64,000 nt of DNA from Trichosphaerium sp. ATCC 40318. Taxonomy: Eukaryota; Protista; Tubulinea. Under the pieces are notes generated by a model. That model saw nothing but the letters and a program-made list of their open reading frames with translations. It searched no databases and was not told the origin of the DNA. Of this stretch, positions 15,074-28,400 are shown piece by piece (the first letter of the stretch is position 1; every line of letters starts with the position of its first letter). The translations under genes were made by a program, and so were the position numbers. The stretch is taken from assembly GCA_038496445.1 (NCBI GenBank), contig JALMLS010000448.1, positions 248,001-312,000 of the forward strand, read 5' to 3'.

Positions 15074-15639
15074 GATGCACTACGCAGTAAGAGAATAATA
15101 AAAAGCCTAGTTTGTTTTTTGTCAAGTCACTTTTGTCATTTCAGTGAATCGTACAGTTAAGTGACGACCCAAGCACACTTTCACTTCCTGGTATCGTTGA
15201 TTAAAATTTACTCAATGTGGTTTTAAACAAACAATGTGACATTACAAAATCTTACTTTTAGTCGAGGGTTTTTTTTGGTTTCGGCGAAAGAATTTGTCGA
15301 CACGTTTCGTTCCCTTACTTGTTTACAAATTCAGTAGGGTGCTGGTATACATAGTCTCGTTGTGTGACAAAAAAGGAGAAACACAAAAAAAGAGATTATT
15401 GAAATTGGGTTCAGCACAAATTTTTCAAAAGTTCAGGAAAACTGTGTTTTGACACACAATCAACTTTTTTAATAAAATAGAACGGAATAACTATTTTTAC
15501 CTCGTGAACTCGGATTCTACGCAAGAGCAGTTTCGCGATGGAGTACTAACATCTGCTCGACAGTCGATCAAATTTGAATTGAAAAAAAAAATGCACTATC
15601 CATTTTGTTGTGCTCTCCCAACCTATTTAACCTTATCCC

Positions 15640-16910
15640 AGTCAGTGGAACCACGTTGTTCTACCATTCAACATTATAATAACAGTGGGTTTTTTATTAT
15701 TACATCAATGCGGGATGCTTATATAGCGTTCAACAAGAAGAGAAAGGGCGTACAGAGCGCTTTTGTTTTATCTACTTCCAACACAAACGAACTACCAACA
15801 TGCACTAAGAACAACAAATAACTCTTCTGTGTCGCCCACACTTATGCCAAAGTAAATACTACTTCTAATTTCGTTCCCTTCTAAATACTGCTGCTTTACA
15901 AAACCTGGAATAACGACGAACGCAGCTTGTTCTAAGACAAGTAGTGAAAGCTACCATTTCCATAGAAATCATCAATATCGTTGTACAGTTACTGCAAGTA
16001 TTACCACCAATATACGCACAGGGTACGCACTACAGATTTTAACTTGTGAACGAAGATATCGTTTAGGTGACATCAACGCTTATTTTAGCTGCTATTTCAG
16101 CATTTATAACATCACTAGGCAGGTCCGGTCTGACGCTGTATTTGTTTCTCGTAGCCTCAAATTTGCTCAAAACTTGGCTTTTTGAACGCAAACGAAAGAT
16201 GGTACGTAGTAATGTCGTACTGTGGAATCATCTAGGAAGAATAGTTGCACCAAGATCAAAACTCTTAGGTTTGAGAGAATTGTCAATAACTGCTTTTAAA
16301 ACGGACCGGACACTCGCCTACTGATGGCCTTTCTTTATAACGCTGTAGCCTTGTAGAAAGAGTTCAGTTATAGGTGCTACCTATTCCAAATGCTTGAGAA
16401 AACCAAGGTGACACGTGGAGATTTACACGTCATAATTTTATAATGAAACACAAGGTTCTTTGTTATACAGTATTACATGTCTAGAAGTAAAAGTACTTTT
16501 AAGACGTGCAAATTCAAGACTGGGACCAGAACCCAACAGTGACTGGTTCTGCTGAAGAATATTGTAAGATGTTATCATCCACCAAGGTGACGCTATGCTA
16601 ATGTAATGTGGATGACCGCTATATTCACCTCTAACATACGTAAAATCTATCAACTCTCGTTTTGTATTTGCCTGCTTTTTGGAACATTGCAAGATTAATT
16701 CGTACAGGATGGATACTATTTCGTTTCCAGTAAAATTTTGTGTGTTAAAATTCTCTGCCATGTTGATGTTATCACGTGAGTTGCCTTTTATTATCGTGCT
16801 TGCTCTTTCGTAGCAACCCTTCTTACTGTGATTATTTGGATTTTTCGCCACGTACGTGGTAATTACAGTTATGAGTTCTTGCTATTGCTACAATCGCTTG
16901 TATGTGACTA
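15640..16910 (+). pseudogene. Degenerate inverted (tail-to-tail) paralog of the adjacent MFS-like transporter
   Basis: Fragments CGMLI*RST (vs CGWVVDRLST) and VQIQDWDQNPTVTGSAEEYC match the minus-strand gene; hydrophobic remnants carry stops and frameshifts; ends approximate. Confidence 0.6.
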
Positions 16911-17716
16911 AGTCAGAGTGTTAAAATGTTAATTGACACATTGTAACTTGTTTATGTTTTTAAACAGATTTAACTAATTACAGAAGGTTGTACAACTTCT
17001 CTTACACAGTTTACTTTTATTTTATTATAAGTCAAGTAGTTCTTCGCGATAATACCAACCAAAATAAAGAGAATATACAATAGAAGCAATAAGTGCTGCA
17101 CCACCAAGTATTAATACTTCGAATTCTTTACCGAATAACTTTATAATTTGTGGTAGAGCAACAAAAACTGCAATGATGTATCTAACGAGTTTAAGTCGGT
17201 GAAAAAACAAAAGTTTTTTGGTTTGTGCTGTAAATACTTACCCCCAAATTGCTGTGAGGAACCCCATATATTGTTGGTTCACGGAAGCAAATGCAAGGAA
17301 AGAGTTAAAGTGGAAGAGGTACCATGGAATAACCTTTTGGTTATGTTAGTTCAATGAAGAACAAAAAAATACAAGTGTATGTACCGCTAAGATAGCTGCA
17401 AGTATTGTGTCGACAAGTATTGGTACATTAAAGAAAAAAAAGGATGCCATCATACCTATTACAACAGCAATTGTAGGGTATACTTTGGCAAAGTATGGGA
17501 AAGGTCTGATAACCCACAAGAATACGATAAACCTATACATAGCTTCGTTATTGTAATGGTTTTTTTAACAAACTGATATGTACCCAAATCCGAATGGAAT
17601 CTTAACAGCGTAGAGTAATGCATCCTGTAAAATTACATGAGGAAAATAGCGTCCACAATAGTCTTCGGCAGAACCAGTCACTGTTGGGTTCTGGTCCCAG
17701 TCTTGAATTTGCACGT
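16504..17716. repeat. 62-bp inverted repeat pair (16504-16565 and 17655-17716; 60/62 identical)
   Basis: acgtgcaaattcaagactgggaccagaacccaacagtgactggttctgc(t/c)gaaga(a/c)tattgt is present on opposite strands. Confidence 0.95.
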
Positions 17717-19017
17717 GTCTTTAAAAATATTTTTAGTTTTTCATTTTGAAGTTATCTTGAGATGTACTACTCTTACGCACCTGACGGTAATTACTGCTCT
17801 ATAAAATAAATACAAAAGAAGTCCGTGTGCAATACATGCAAAAGATATATTATTCTTGTATATACTCTTAAAAGCCTTTGAGAAGTAAAAGCAAACATTT
17901 CCACGCTTTACTTCTTCAGTCTATTTGAAAAAAAAAAATTGCGTTAGATTTACGTGTCATTACCATGCTTACCTCTACAACTTCTTCTATTGTTATACCT
18001 CTACTTAAAATATCATTTATACTCAGATTGAACTTTATAGCGCCATCATCTCGATAAGACTCTGTTAATCTATTGCTTAAGCTGGAATCTGAAAAAAATA
18101 AGAACGCAAATCCATGTATAAACCTGAGGGAACATACCTGCCTCCCTGGGATGCATTATATACTGTTTTGTTATAGTAAACCCAATAACAACTGCTGTCA
18201 CAGAAGCCGATAAAAGGAGTGCGTAAAGGAGGTACATTGCAGTGTCGAACTTTACTTTGCCAAGATCAATAATAACATACATGAAGACTGTTGCCAATAA
18301 CATCACAACAAGCTCGAGACATATAGCAAATATACCTCTAGATAACAGCATTAGACAAAATAGATTTCAATCATAATATTCAGTGCGTACACTGTCGAAA
18401 AAGCCTCATAATGTTCAACCAAATCGTCTCCTTTGTTGAAATAAAAGTACACCTTTTTTTTTTTGACATTAATTTTTAACGGTTTGACGAAAATGGCAAA
18501 TATTCTTTTTCTAACCTTTTGTTTAAGTAGCTTCCAAGATACGCTAAATACTAGTCCTTGCATTAGTGATCGTATTAGATGAAGTGTAATCAAAACAGAG
18601 AAGTCCCATGATTTTTTCTGTGGTAGAGCTATAATTACAATCTCTAGTAATAGTTCAAGCGAAAGAGCACTAAGCTAGTAATAGTGAGGCCATTATTTAT
18701 TATTTATTGTCTAAAATTAAATTGTGGGGTTGTATTTAGAACACACGTGCCAGTAATCCTCTTCCTTTTGTTGATAGACGGTCTACAACCCAACCACATA
18801 GAGGTAAACCCATTAATTGTACAAGGGCATCGTAAAGGAGATAATAACGATACTGGGATAAGAAATCGCAGCCTAGAGTCGTTTTTGATGTAAGTGTGAA
18901 CGTTACAACTAACTTTTCGATATCACTCTTTATCCACGATATAGCTACTAATCCAAGGATACGAAAGAAGTCTACAATAAGCATACAGTGTCTAAGGTTA
19001 TGCCGATAATGCCGCAC
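17025..19017 (-). CDS. Multi-pass membrane protein, MFS-like transporter; 5' end uncertain (may splice to 19136-19582)
   Basis: Many hydrophobic exons; GLPLCGWVVDRLSTKGR resembles MFS motif A (GxxxDrxGrr). Confidence 0.6.
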
Positions 19018-19135
19018 TTAAAATGGCTTAGGACGCGTTGTTTGTGAACAAGTAAATAAGCCGGCAGGAAAGAACCTTCAAAGGATGCACATACAAGTTA
19101 AACGTAGCAAACAAACTATCCTTTATTCAACGGGC

Positions 19136-19582
19136 TCACACTGTTTGTTTTACTAACTCGACGTTCTCCCCAATTTCACAACTTAGTGTAAGGCCATTGC
19201 ACCATCTGAGAGAGATTGCCAGTAGAACAAGAACGATAATATTAGCCGTTGCCACTACGTGAGTCAGAGAACCGAGTAAAAGACAACACGTACAAAGCAT
19301 GAAATCTATAGTTCCAGCTGTGTGCAAATTCCACTTGCAAGCCAGTAAGCCTGATTCAGAGATCCACTCTCCTGTACAGGAGCAGCACATTTTCATACTC
19401 TTTTGAAGTATTCTCTTTGCTCCAGCTGCGCACATCTGATCTCTAGACACAATGGAGCATTTGATGAAATCAACAGCTTCTGGACTTGTATCGTATACAT
19501 TACTGTCCCAAAGCATTATAGCCTTAGCAGCAATCATGAAAGCAATGGATAGAAGAAGTAGAAGTTGAAGTAAGAGGTGCAT
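19136..19582 (-). CDS. Small signal-peptide, Cys-rich single-pass membrane protein, or N-terminal exons of the MFS-like gene
   Basis: MHLLLQLLLLLSIAFMIAAKA signal, six Cys, an in-frame 39-nt gtacgt...ctgac...cgtag intron, then a hydrophobic helix. Confidence 0.5.
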   Translation of the reverse strand: MHLLLQLLLLLSIAFMIAAKAIMLWDSNVYDTSPEAVDFIKCSIVSRDQMCAAGAKRILQKSMKMCCSCTGEWISESGLLACKWNLHTAGTIDFMLCTCCLLLGSLTHVVATANIIVLVLLAISLRWCNGLTLSCEIGENVELVKQTV

Positions 19583-19788
19583 CGTTAGCTGTGTTTGAGA
19601 GTATTTGAGCACAAGTAGCCAGTGCGAAAACACGGTTCACGTGTTTCCTTTAGCTAACCGCCTATTTACACCCCAGCATGGCTGATCCGGCATCTGCTAA
19701 CGCAGACATTTGTGTGCACTTAGAGTTTGCCAAGTTTGACCGGATTTGTGAAAACTTATAACGTTATAAACCTCTCACAGCTTCACCA

Positions 19789-21347
19789 ATGTGTGACGAA
19801 GAAGATGATGAGTGTAAAGATTGCCCATGCTGTATAACTTGCGCAAATTGGACATTTATTTGTGTAAGTAGTCCCACACTGCGTTTTACTCGACTGTAAT
19901 ATAACCTATTGCCCAGATTGTTATGATAATTAAAACATTTGCTCTGGCGAGCTGGTGGGTTGGTATTGCGATACCTTGGGCGTTTCACACCACTGTGGCG
20001 GGTTGGATAAACATTATCTGCCTTCATTTCTTTTTTGGCATGATGGAGCTATCCTACTGGAAGACAGTGTTCGCTAAACCAGGTTTTACGGATATATCAT
20101 GGGTAATTGCGTTTTAAAACAATTTCTCCCTCATAATTGATTAGAAGCCTTCTGGATACACTCAAGAGGAAATGGACAAAGCCCGAAACAATAAATCAAA
20201 CCCCAGAGACAGACGGCACAAATTGGAGTTCGACCGGTGTCGCTACTGTAACTACTGTCAAGCGTGGAAGCCACCTCGTTCTCACCACTGTAAGGAACTT
20301 AAGCGGTACGTTTTACACTACAACTACGTTGCTTTTATTAACAACTATTAAAAACCTGCTTGAATTCGTTTACATTAACTACTCAAGCGTATTGATCCTA
20401 TTGGCACTTTTTTATCATCTTAATTTATTTTATCTGATTTCTTATTTCTTCAAGATGCGTTTTGCGAATGGACCACTATTGTCCTTGGGTATTTAACGTT
20501 GTTGGCCTGAGGAATCACAAGACATTCTTGTTGTTTTTATTCTACTCGACAACGTGCCTCACATACTTTTTGGTTCTACTATTATGGCGTCTTATAGACA
20601 CCATCATGCACTTGGACATAGTAAGCGACATTTTCTAATTGTAAAGGCGAAAAAAACGCTCTTCTTATCTTCCCAACTTCCGCGAATATCTCCGCCTTTA
20701 TTGTTGTTGCTTAGTTTCCTTTAGCATGAAATGATGTCACCTTTCGATTTGGTTATTTTCATTATGAACTTTGTATTAGTATTACCTGTGACTATTGCCA
20801 TCGCTTCTCTCTTTATCTATCAAGTTTCAACCTGTTTAAGGAACTTGACATCTATTGAGACATATTTATCAAAACGACACAAAAGAGCTGCCAAACGCAA
20901 GGGAGAGGTATGTTTAAGCAAACACAATGATTTAATTAGCACATTTTAATTCTGCCACTGCGCGTAGCGTATTGCACTTTACGTGCTGATGTTATCTGTT
21001 GCTGCGTTTTTAAGTTTTTTTGTAGGCTAACTACAGATGGCCTTATGATCTTGGATGGAAGAGAAATCTTCGTCAAATGATGGGTAAGACATGGCTTGAA
21101 GTATTTACGCCCGGCTTCTCATACGACTCTGATGGCTATCAATATAAGATGCGACCAGGTCACGGTAAAAAGAGCGTTCCAGGTAAGGATTATAAAACTC
21201 AAAATAATCTCTTTTTTTCAAACTACTGCTTTTTTCTATATTACTGGAGCACTAGAACACCTAACTTACTCTTCAGAAGTAGTAGTAGATAAAGGAGCAC
21301 CACAGAAGGTTTCCAAACGCTCTAATGCTGGCGGTCATAACGATTAA
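19789..21347 (+). CDS. DHHC-family protein S-acyltransferase (DHYC variant)
   Basis: RYCNYCQAWKPPRSHHCKELKRCVLRMDHYCPWVFNVVGLRNHKTFLLFLFY, NLTSIE (TTxE-like) and PYDLGWKRNLRQMMG (PaCCT motif). Confidence 0.92.
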
Positions 21348-21419
21348 ATAATTTGTAAAATCAGAAAAAAAAAATTATCGTTACAAAATGCAACAATGAG
21401 TACCTTTGTTTTATGTTGC

Positions 21420-21700
21420 ATTAAGCTGAAGACGGTTTAACTACGCGTATTACACACTTGGTTTGGTTTTTAGAACATCGCACAATCCGTATTTCTGAAA
21501 CCTTTGATCGTTGACGCGGTATACGTGTCTTACACGTAAGCGCTTTAACGTGGCAGACGTTTTCGGGCCTTGAAGCTTGCAGTATGTTATACTTCACAAA
21601 GTTAATTTACACGCCGTATAGTTCGAGCACCACGTGGTGTAAGTACGTTTTTGGGCGGTTTTACACGTTTGAAGAGTTCAGTCAATTAGGTTCTAAGGTA
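21420..21700 (+). pseudogene. Possible decayed LRR-like coding relic
   Basis: Broken frames read RITHLVW..ETFDR*RGIRVLHVSALTWQTFSGLEAC..LHKVNLHAV; weak evidence. Confidence 0.3.
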
Positions 21701-22049
21701 TTGTAACAAGAGTACCGCCCTGCGTATTCTTTTGTTATGTACAGGCGCTAGCGCAGCGATTCTATTCTTGTGCGAAATGCACGATTGCATTATACAAAAA
21801 CTCGATGAAAACGCCACTTGCGTAATGGATTAGACCTTTTACGCAACTTTCGTTGTAGCCAGTCGCACGTTAAATCTGTTTGCGATCACAAGGACGTAAG
21901 GTCGCCGTAATGCATTCAATAGCGTAATCGACGCGCCAGAACATGTTTTCCGGTATCCCGGACGAGTATCATGAAAATGGTGCTTGGATTTGTGTCAGTA
22001 CACATTTGCCGTTTACTCCGCGTTAACCGCTGTTAACAGGACTGAAAAG

Positions 22050-25000
22050 ATGGCAGAGGGTACGCAACGTCACAAAACCATAATTTTGTAGAGCTGTTGT
22101 TTGTATTCACAACAAACAAACTTTAAACAGCAAACTTGTTGGAACTCGCTTTCTAAGCACTTGTTTTTTACCACAACCGAAAGAAATCGCTTTTACCTGA
22201 TTGCTTTTTGATCGTGCTAACTGCTTTAAAAGTTCAAACTGAACAGAAGCCGGAAACAGAGGTAAAGCCAGAGGCAGTTGAAACTAAAGAAGAAACAAAG
22301 GCGCCTGCTGATGCTGAACCAAAAGAAGAGCCAAAACCAGCAGCTGAGGTAAAACCTGCAGAAGAACCAAAGGCAGAGGAACCAAAACCTGCTGAGGAAG
22401 CAAAGCCGGCAGAAGAGCCTAAAAAGGAACCTGCAGCAGCCCCAGCTGCTGAAGAGAAGCCTAAAGAGGATCCTAAACCTGCCGAAGAAGCAAAACCAGC
22501 TGAGGAACCCAAAAAAGAGCCAGAAAAGAAACCAGAAGAGAAACCTGCAGAAGACAAGCCTGCAGAAGACGCTAAAGCTGCTGAAGATAAGCCTGAAGAA
22601 ACGAAAGAAGCAGATAAACCAGCAGAAGAACCTAAAGCTGAAGAAAAAAAAGACGATGAAGCGAAACCAGCCGAGGAAGAGAAGAAACCTGCTGCAAAAG
22701 CTGGGGTACACAACAAAAAAAAACCCAAAACGTTTTTTCTTTTTTGGCACCACGTGATTTTTTTAAAAATGTATAACCATTGTGACTCGGTTTTAGGGCT
22801 TTAATCCATTCGCTGCCGCTGCTGCGCCTGCTGGATCGACGCTTGATGCGCCTTTAAAGGCCATTCGAGCGGAATCTGATAAAGACAAGCAAATTTCACA
22901 AAGTTTCGACTTGATAAGTAAAACAGGCACGTGAACACACTTTGTTTTATGTAATACCGCGATCCTGAGGTGCTCATTATTTTTTTTTCTCTAGATATTG
23001 AAGGCATGAAAGAAGCAGATTATGGTCCTTTTGGTGAGTGTCCACACGTGTGAAATTAAGTTTTCTGAGTGACTAGCTCTACTTGCAGAAGCTTTTAATT
23101 CCTTTTGCGCATTTACTTAATTTTTATTAGATGCCCTGGTCGTTCTTTACTCCGAGTTACTCACTGCTAAATATAAACCTATTGCTGATAAACTGTCCAA
23201 GTTTGCTGATAAGGTATAAAAACTATTTTTTCTGGTATTCAGGTTTACAAGTAACATTTTCTAGGCTGGCGGTGAAGCTTCAGATGATGCCAAAAAAGCA
23301 AAAAGAGCTTTTGAGAGTTTCGTTGATCCACCAGCTGGCGCTCCAATGGCTCCACCACCACCACCAGCCCCTGGTCCAGTACGTCATATTATATTAGGTG
23401 TTTTTAGTAATAACCATTTCTACTAGCCTCCACCACTTGCTATAAAGAAGAGACGTGGTGGTCCAAAGAAGGTACAGCACTTTTTAATGTAATTTAAAGA
23501 AAACTTACGTAAAATAGGGCTTCAATCCATTTGCTCCTCAAGGAGGTGCCGGTGGTAGAGGAGGTCTCCTTGCTGCTATCAGAGGAGGAGCTAGTCTTAA
23601 AAAGACATCAGCCAACCCTCGTCCTCCTCCAAAATCGAGTAAACCTTCGAACCCAACAGACTCCCTGGTTGCTATGATCGCTGCTGGTGTACGTTTTTTC
23701 TAAAAAGAGCCTTCCTCTAAGAAGCTTTAGGTTAAACTGAAAAAACGTGGTCCAATCGAAAAACGAAAGCCGGTAGAGAAGTCAGTACCAGCATGGGCAC
23801 AACGTGGTGGTTTGCGTAAAACAAAATCGACAGTACGTTTAACGCAACTTGTCTGTTTTCTTCAGCTTTTGTTTGATATTCTCATTCTTTTCTGTTTTTT
23901 TTTCTAAATTCGTTTTTTTGTTTAGTCGAACTTGGATGGATCAAAGAAGGAAGAGCCTGAGATGCCAGCTTTCGCTGGTTTACTCAAAAAGACTAAGAGG
24001 GAACCAAGGCCAAAACCAACAGAAGAAAAAGCTCCAGGATTCACATTCCAACTTCGAAAAACTCAATCATCAAGACCACCTCCAGAAAAGAAGGAAGAAG
24101 GAAGCACTCAAGTCAACTTCCTTTCTGGTTTGCGTAAAACGAACCGCACACCAGCTCCTAAAACAGATAAAAAGGAGGAAGAAAAGCCAGCCTTCTTGTC
24201 TGGCTTCAAGTTGCGTAAAGCAGGCAGCACAGCTGCTCCAGCTGCTAAAACCGAGACGAAATCTGCTACTGTTGATTTCAAAGCTGGTCTTCGTAAAACA
24301 ACGACAGCACCACGTACAGTTGAGAAAAAGCCTGCCACGTCTTCTGGCACTATCGATTTTAAAGCAGGGTTGAAGAAAACATCTACAGCACCACGTACAG
24401 TCGAGAAAAAGCCTGCTACGTCTTCTGGAACAATCGACTTTAAGGCAGGACTCAAAAAGACAACGACACCTGTTGCTAAGAAAGAGCCTGTCAAGACGAC
24501 AACGACTACAGTTGATTTTAAGGCTGGTTTGAAAAAGACAACAACACCTGTCGCTAAGAAAGAGCCTGCTAAGACTACAACAACTACAGTTGATTTCAAA
24601 GCTGGCTTGAAAAAGACGACGACACCTGTTGCTAAGAAGGAACCTGCCAAAACAACTACTACCACTGATTTCAAGGCTGGTTTGAAGAAGACTACTCCTG
24701 TTGCCAAGAAGGATGATACTGATAAGGATACAAAGAAATTACTTTCTGATCTTGGTGGTGCTCTTAGAAGTACAACTCAAGGTAAAACTTTCAAATATCC
24801 TTCCATCATTGTTTTATATTTACCCTTTCTTTTCAGCTAAGGAGGCTGGAGCGAAGACTACAACGCCTGCACCTGCAAAAGTAGAAGCGAAGAAACCTGA
24901 GCCGGCTAAAGTAGAACCGAAGAAGGCAGAGCCAGCGAAAACTGAACCTGCAAAGGTAGCTGCTCCAGCTAAGACTGAACCGGCAAAGGTAGAGCCAAAG

Positions 25001-25195
25001 AAGGAAGAACCGAAGAAACCTGAACCAAAGAAGGAAGAGCCTAAGAAACCTGAGCCTAAGAAGGAAGAGCCAAAGAAACCTGAGCCAAAGAAGGAAGAAC
25101 CTAAGAAACCAGAGCCTAAAAAACCAGGGAATACTCCAAGGAAGAGCTCCAGAGGTACTAACCCATGGGGTGTTAAGTTGAAGAGTTTGAAGTAG
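22050..25195 (+). CDS. Low-complexity actin-associated protein: E/K/P repeats, NPF motifs, poly-Pro, WH2 domains and tandem DFKAGLKKT repeats
   Basis: Exon 1 ATGGCAGAGG then gtacgc; GRGGLLAAIRGGASLKKT (WH2); two GFNPFA; six DFKAGL[KR]KT; EPKKEEPKKP repeats; ends NPWGVKLKSLK*. Confidence 0.8.
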
Positions 25196-25459
25196 ATGTA
25201 AACAAAATAAATAGATTGCAACGCCAGTTTTATAGGTTTTTTTTTCACCACTAGATCTTGGCACGTGGGTTATCTTAAAGGTTATTTTTAACAAAAAGAT
25301 AGCAAGTACCACGTGGACATTGTTTACAACTAACGCGAAAAGAAGTCAACCGCTAGTTTTAACCGAGTTAAAACTTGCTATTGCGTTCGCTTTTTTACGC
25401 TAAGTCAAGTTGACTCATTCCTAAATAATTTATTTGAAAGGAGAATAGCTCTCACAGCA

Positions 25460-28400
25460 ATGGATGATAACTGCCTTTTCTCCCTACTCCCTGCTGAAAT
25501 ATTAATACCGCTACTCGACGGGTACGTTACAAGATGTTTAACGAGTAAGTAAGTGATTTTGTTTGTAGCGTTCTTAAAACTGCATCACGTTCGCGTTTTG
25601 AAACAGTAATTGCTTGGTCATCAGTATGCAAGTGCGTTTAGTTAAAATATAAACAAAATAACGTTGTATTGTAGAACACTTAGAAATATATGTCTGGTGC
25701 ATTACTGGAGCCATATCGACCTATCGAGAGCAAGATACAGTAGCTCAGCGGCTCAGAAAATAATCCAGTCAATCTGCAAAGCTCGGTACTGCCTTACTTA
25801 ACTTAGATAAGCGAGCTAACGGAAAAGTTTTGGATAGTGCTAATGTATTACAACATCTAATCCTCACCAAACTCACCATTACTGATCCTGTATCTATTCT
25901 TAACCTTGCACCGAACCTTCATACGCTGGACTTTACAGCATGTAAAATAAAAGGCACGTTTGTTGAACACAAAAACTTGCAGCAATCTTTTGGTTTGTAC
26001 AACCTTTCATGCAGTTGAAATGACTTACAACTCTTATACTAGCTCCAAGGTACTTTTTGTTTACTCAAGGAAAGAATTTATCAACGTTATATCTCACAAG
26101 GACTAAGTGGTGTTCACGTATGTTAGCAGGAGTAAAAATCTTGCGTTGTTTTTTTTTTTGTTAACTTCTTTATGCTTAGACAGAGGTTTTATGAGTCTCC
26201 TCAGCCACGTGCCTAATCTGAAGTACTTGTATCTCTCTAGTGTTAAAATCGAAAAATACCAGCAAGACTTATACAAATTGAAATCTCTGGCACTGATTGG
26301 AAAAGCCTTGCCTTCTTTAGTAGTGCTTGTATGTTTCGGAGTTGTCAAACCTTTTTTCTTCAACCAGTTTGCTTATGGTTTGATATTGTTTACCTACTAT
26401 CTTCAGGATATAGCAAGAAGGTATGAAACAGCAACAGGATTTATATCACATGATGTTTTTCCTAAACTTCAAAAGCTGTTCTCCAGAACAGCCTTTTTGC
26501 CTGAAGGTCATGGCCGTAATATACTACCACTCACAGAATCAGACTTGTATACTGAAGACAGGATATCAAAGTCACCTAAACCAGGTTCTTTACTTCATCC
26601 TAAAGCTTCTGTTAACTCGCGTTTTATCTATTTTTAGATGCTGATAAATGCAGTCTAACAGATTCTCTAATCGCGTCTACTGTTCTGGAGCGTGTCATAG
26701 CACAAACAGTTAGTGGTAGAAGAAAAGCAAGCGAGATGATTAAAGAATTGCCTGCGATAGATAGGTACTTAAATTACGACAAGGAAGGTAGAGTTGAATG
26801 GGTACGTACAGTCTTAAATTTGGGTTTAACTGTTTGTTAAGGCACGTGATAAACTCTTTGAATGTTCTGATTGCGCTGTTTCTTCATGCCTTGGTCAACG
26901 TGAAAACGAAAAAATTATGCTTGAGTACCTTGTTGATGTTCATGGAGCTCCATGTGACTTTTTACCGAAGAAAGAGGATACAAAACCAAGAACAGCTATT
27001 TTTTTTGCTCTAGAAAAATGCAATAATTCTGGAGCACGATTTTTACTTTCTCGATGCATGAACAAGAGGAAGATTGTATGTCTCTTTTGTTTTACAAACC
27101 GTCCACAACCTGAAAGTGTGAAGAAAATTCTTAAACATTGTAGCTTCTAGTTGCTTTGCGTGAGGTGCTAGAGTGCAAGACATATAGGCACTACAATGAT
27201 GCTATCATACTGATGACCAATATTTTGAGACTAGCATCAAACTTTGATGTTGATATTAAAAATCTTGATAAAGGCAACACATTATTACACGTTGCATGCA
27301 TGCAATCTCCTGAAGTGATGAAAGAGTTTGTACACAATGCTATTCCTTGTACCTTTGTTTATTAATTTTTTAGTGTACCCATTGTTATGGTGATTTTGAT
27401 GCCCTTGATGAAAATGGCAACACAGCGCTCACGTTATGTATACAGGTATGGTCTAAGGTTCATTTTTTTCAGAAATTAGTTTACAATATCACGTGTTCAC
27501 TTTGAGTGCAGAGACACTACTTTGATAAGGCTTTATACTTGGTCAAAAAAGGAGCATCTCCAAAAGCTTCAAGAGATGTGTTGTCTGGACTCATTATGAG
27601 TTTCTCAACGCGTACAAAAAAAGTGGGTCGTATTGCGCTACTTAGGTTACTTTGTGAACGCGGTGCAGATGTTAATGAAATAAACGTTAACGGGTTTCCA
27701 CCTATAGCTCTCGCAATCAGACTAGGGTACATAAAGCTTTGCTATCATAGTTTTTTTATTACTCTAACACTTGTTGTAGGCTGAATACAATTATCTCTTT
27801 ATTAATGGAACATGGAGCAGATATGAGTATACGATTTGGACCTAAAAAAAAGCTCACTTGCTTACATGCACGTGCTTACCTGGACTTCTAGTTTTGCTCT
27901 TTTTTTCTTTTTTTTTTTTCTTCTTGCAATTGCAGTGCTCACTTTGTAAACTCTATATAGATGCTGTTTATTGAAGATATTGAAGTACCCCTCAATATGA
28001 AAAAGAAAAAAGTGGATCTTGATTGGTTTGCTACAAAGAGTGCTGACATAAAGCCATTAAAAACACCGATTATAACGTACTTTGTTCTACTTTTTTTTTA
28101 TGAACAGATTTATGCCTCATACTATTGTATTAACATGAATGTAGTGGAAGTGATATTAAAACTGAATACGCTTCACTTGAAACTTGGCAGTATTTCTATA
28201 AACTTGGGTGCTTTAAAAAACCAAAGTCTGGAGCTGACGTGCTCAACGAAATGGATGAAGCTTATGTTCATAAAAATCAAAATGCCGTAATATTTCTTCT
28301 GAATTATAGCCAGTTTGATATGGATAAAGTACGCCTTTTAACCTAACTCAGTGGAGTATCCACTAAGTTGTGCAAAACAACAAACCTTTGATTACTTTTT

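Noticed and set aside
22226-25312. Long hydrophobic minus-strand ORFs (F/S/G-rich), and the + strand ORF 12725..13048
   Set aside because: Antisense shadows of low-complexity E/K/P and P/T coding repeats.
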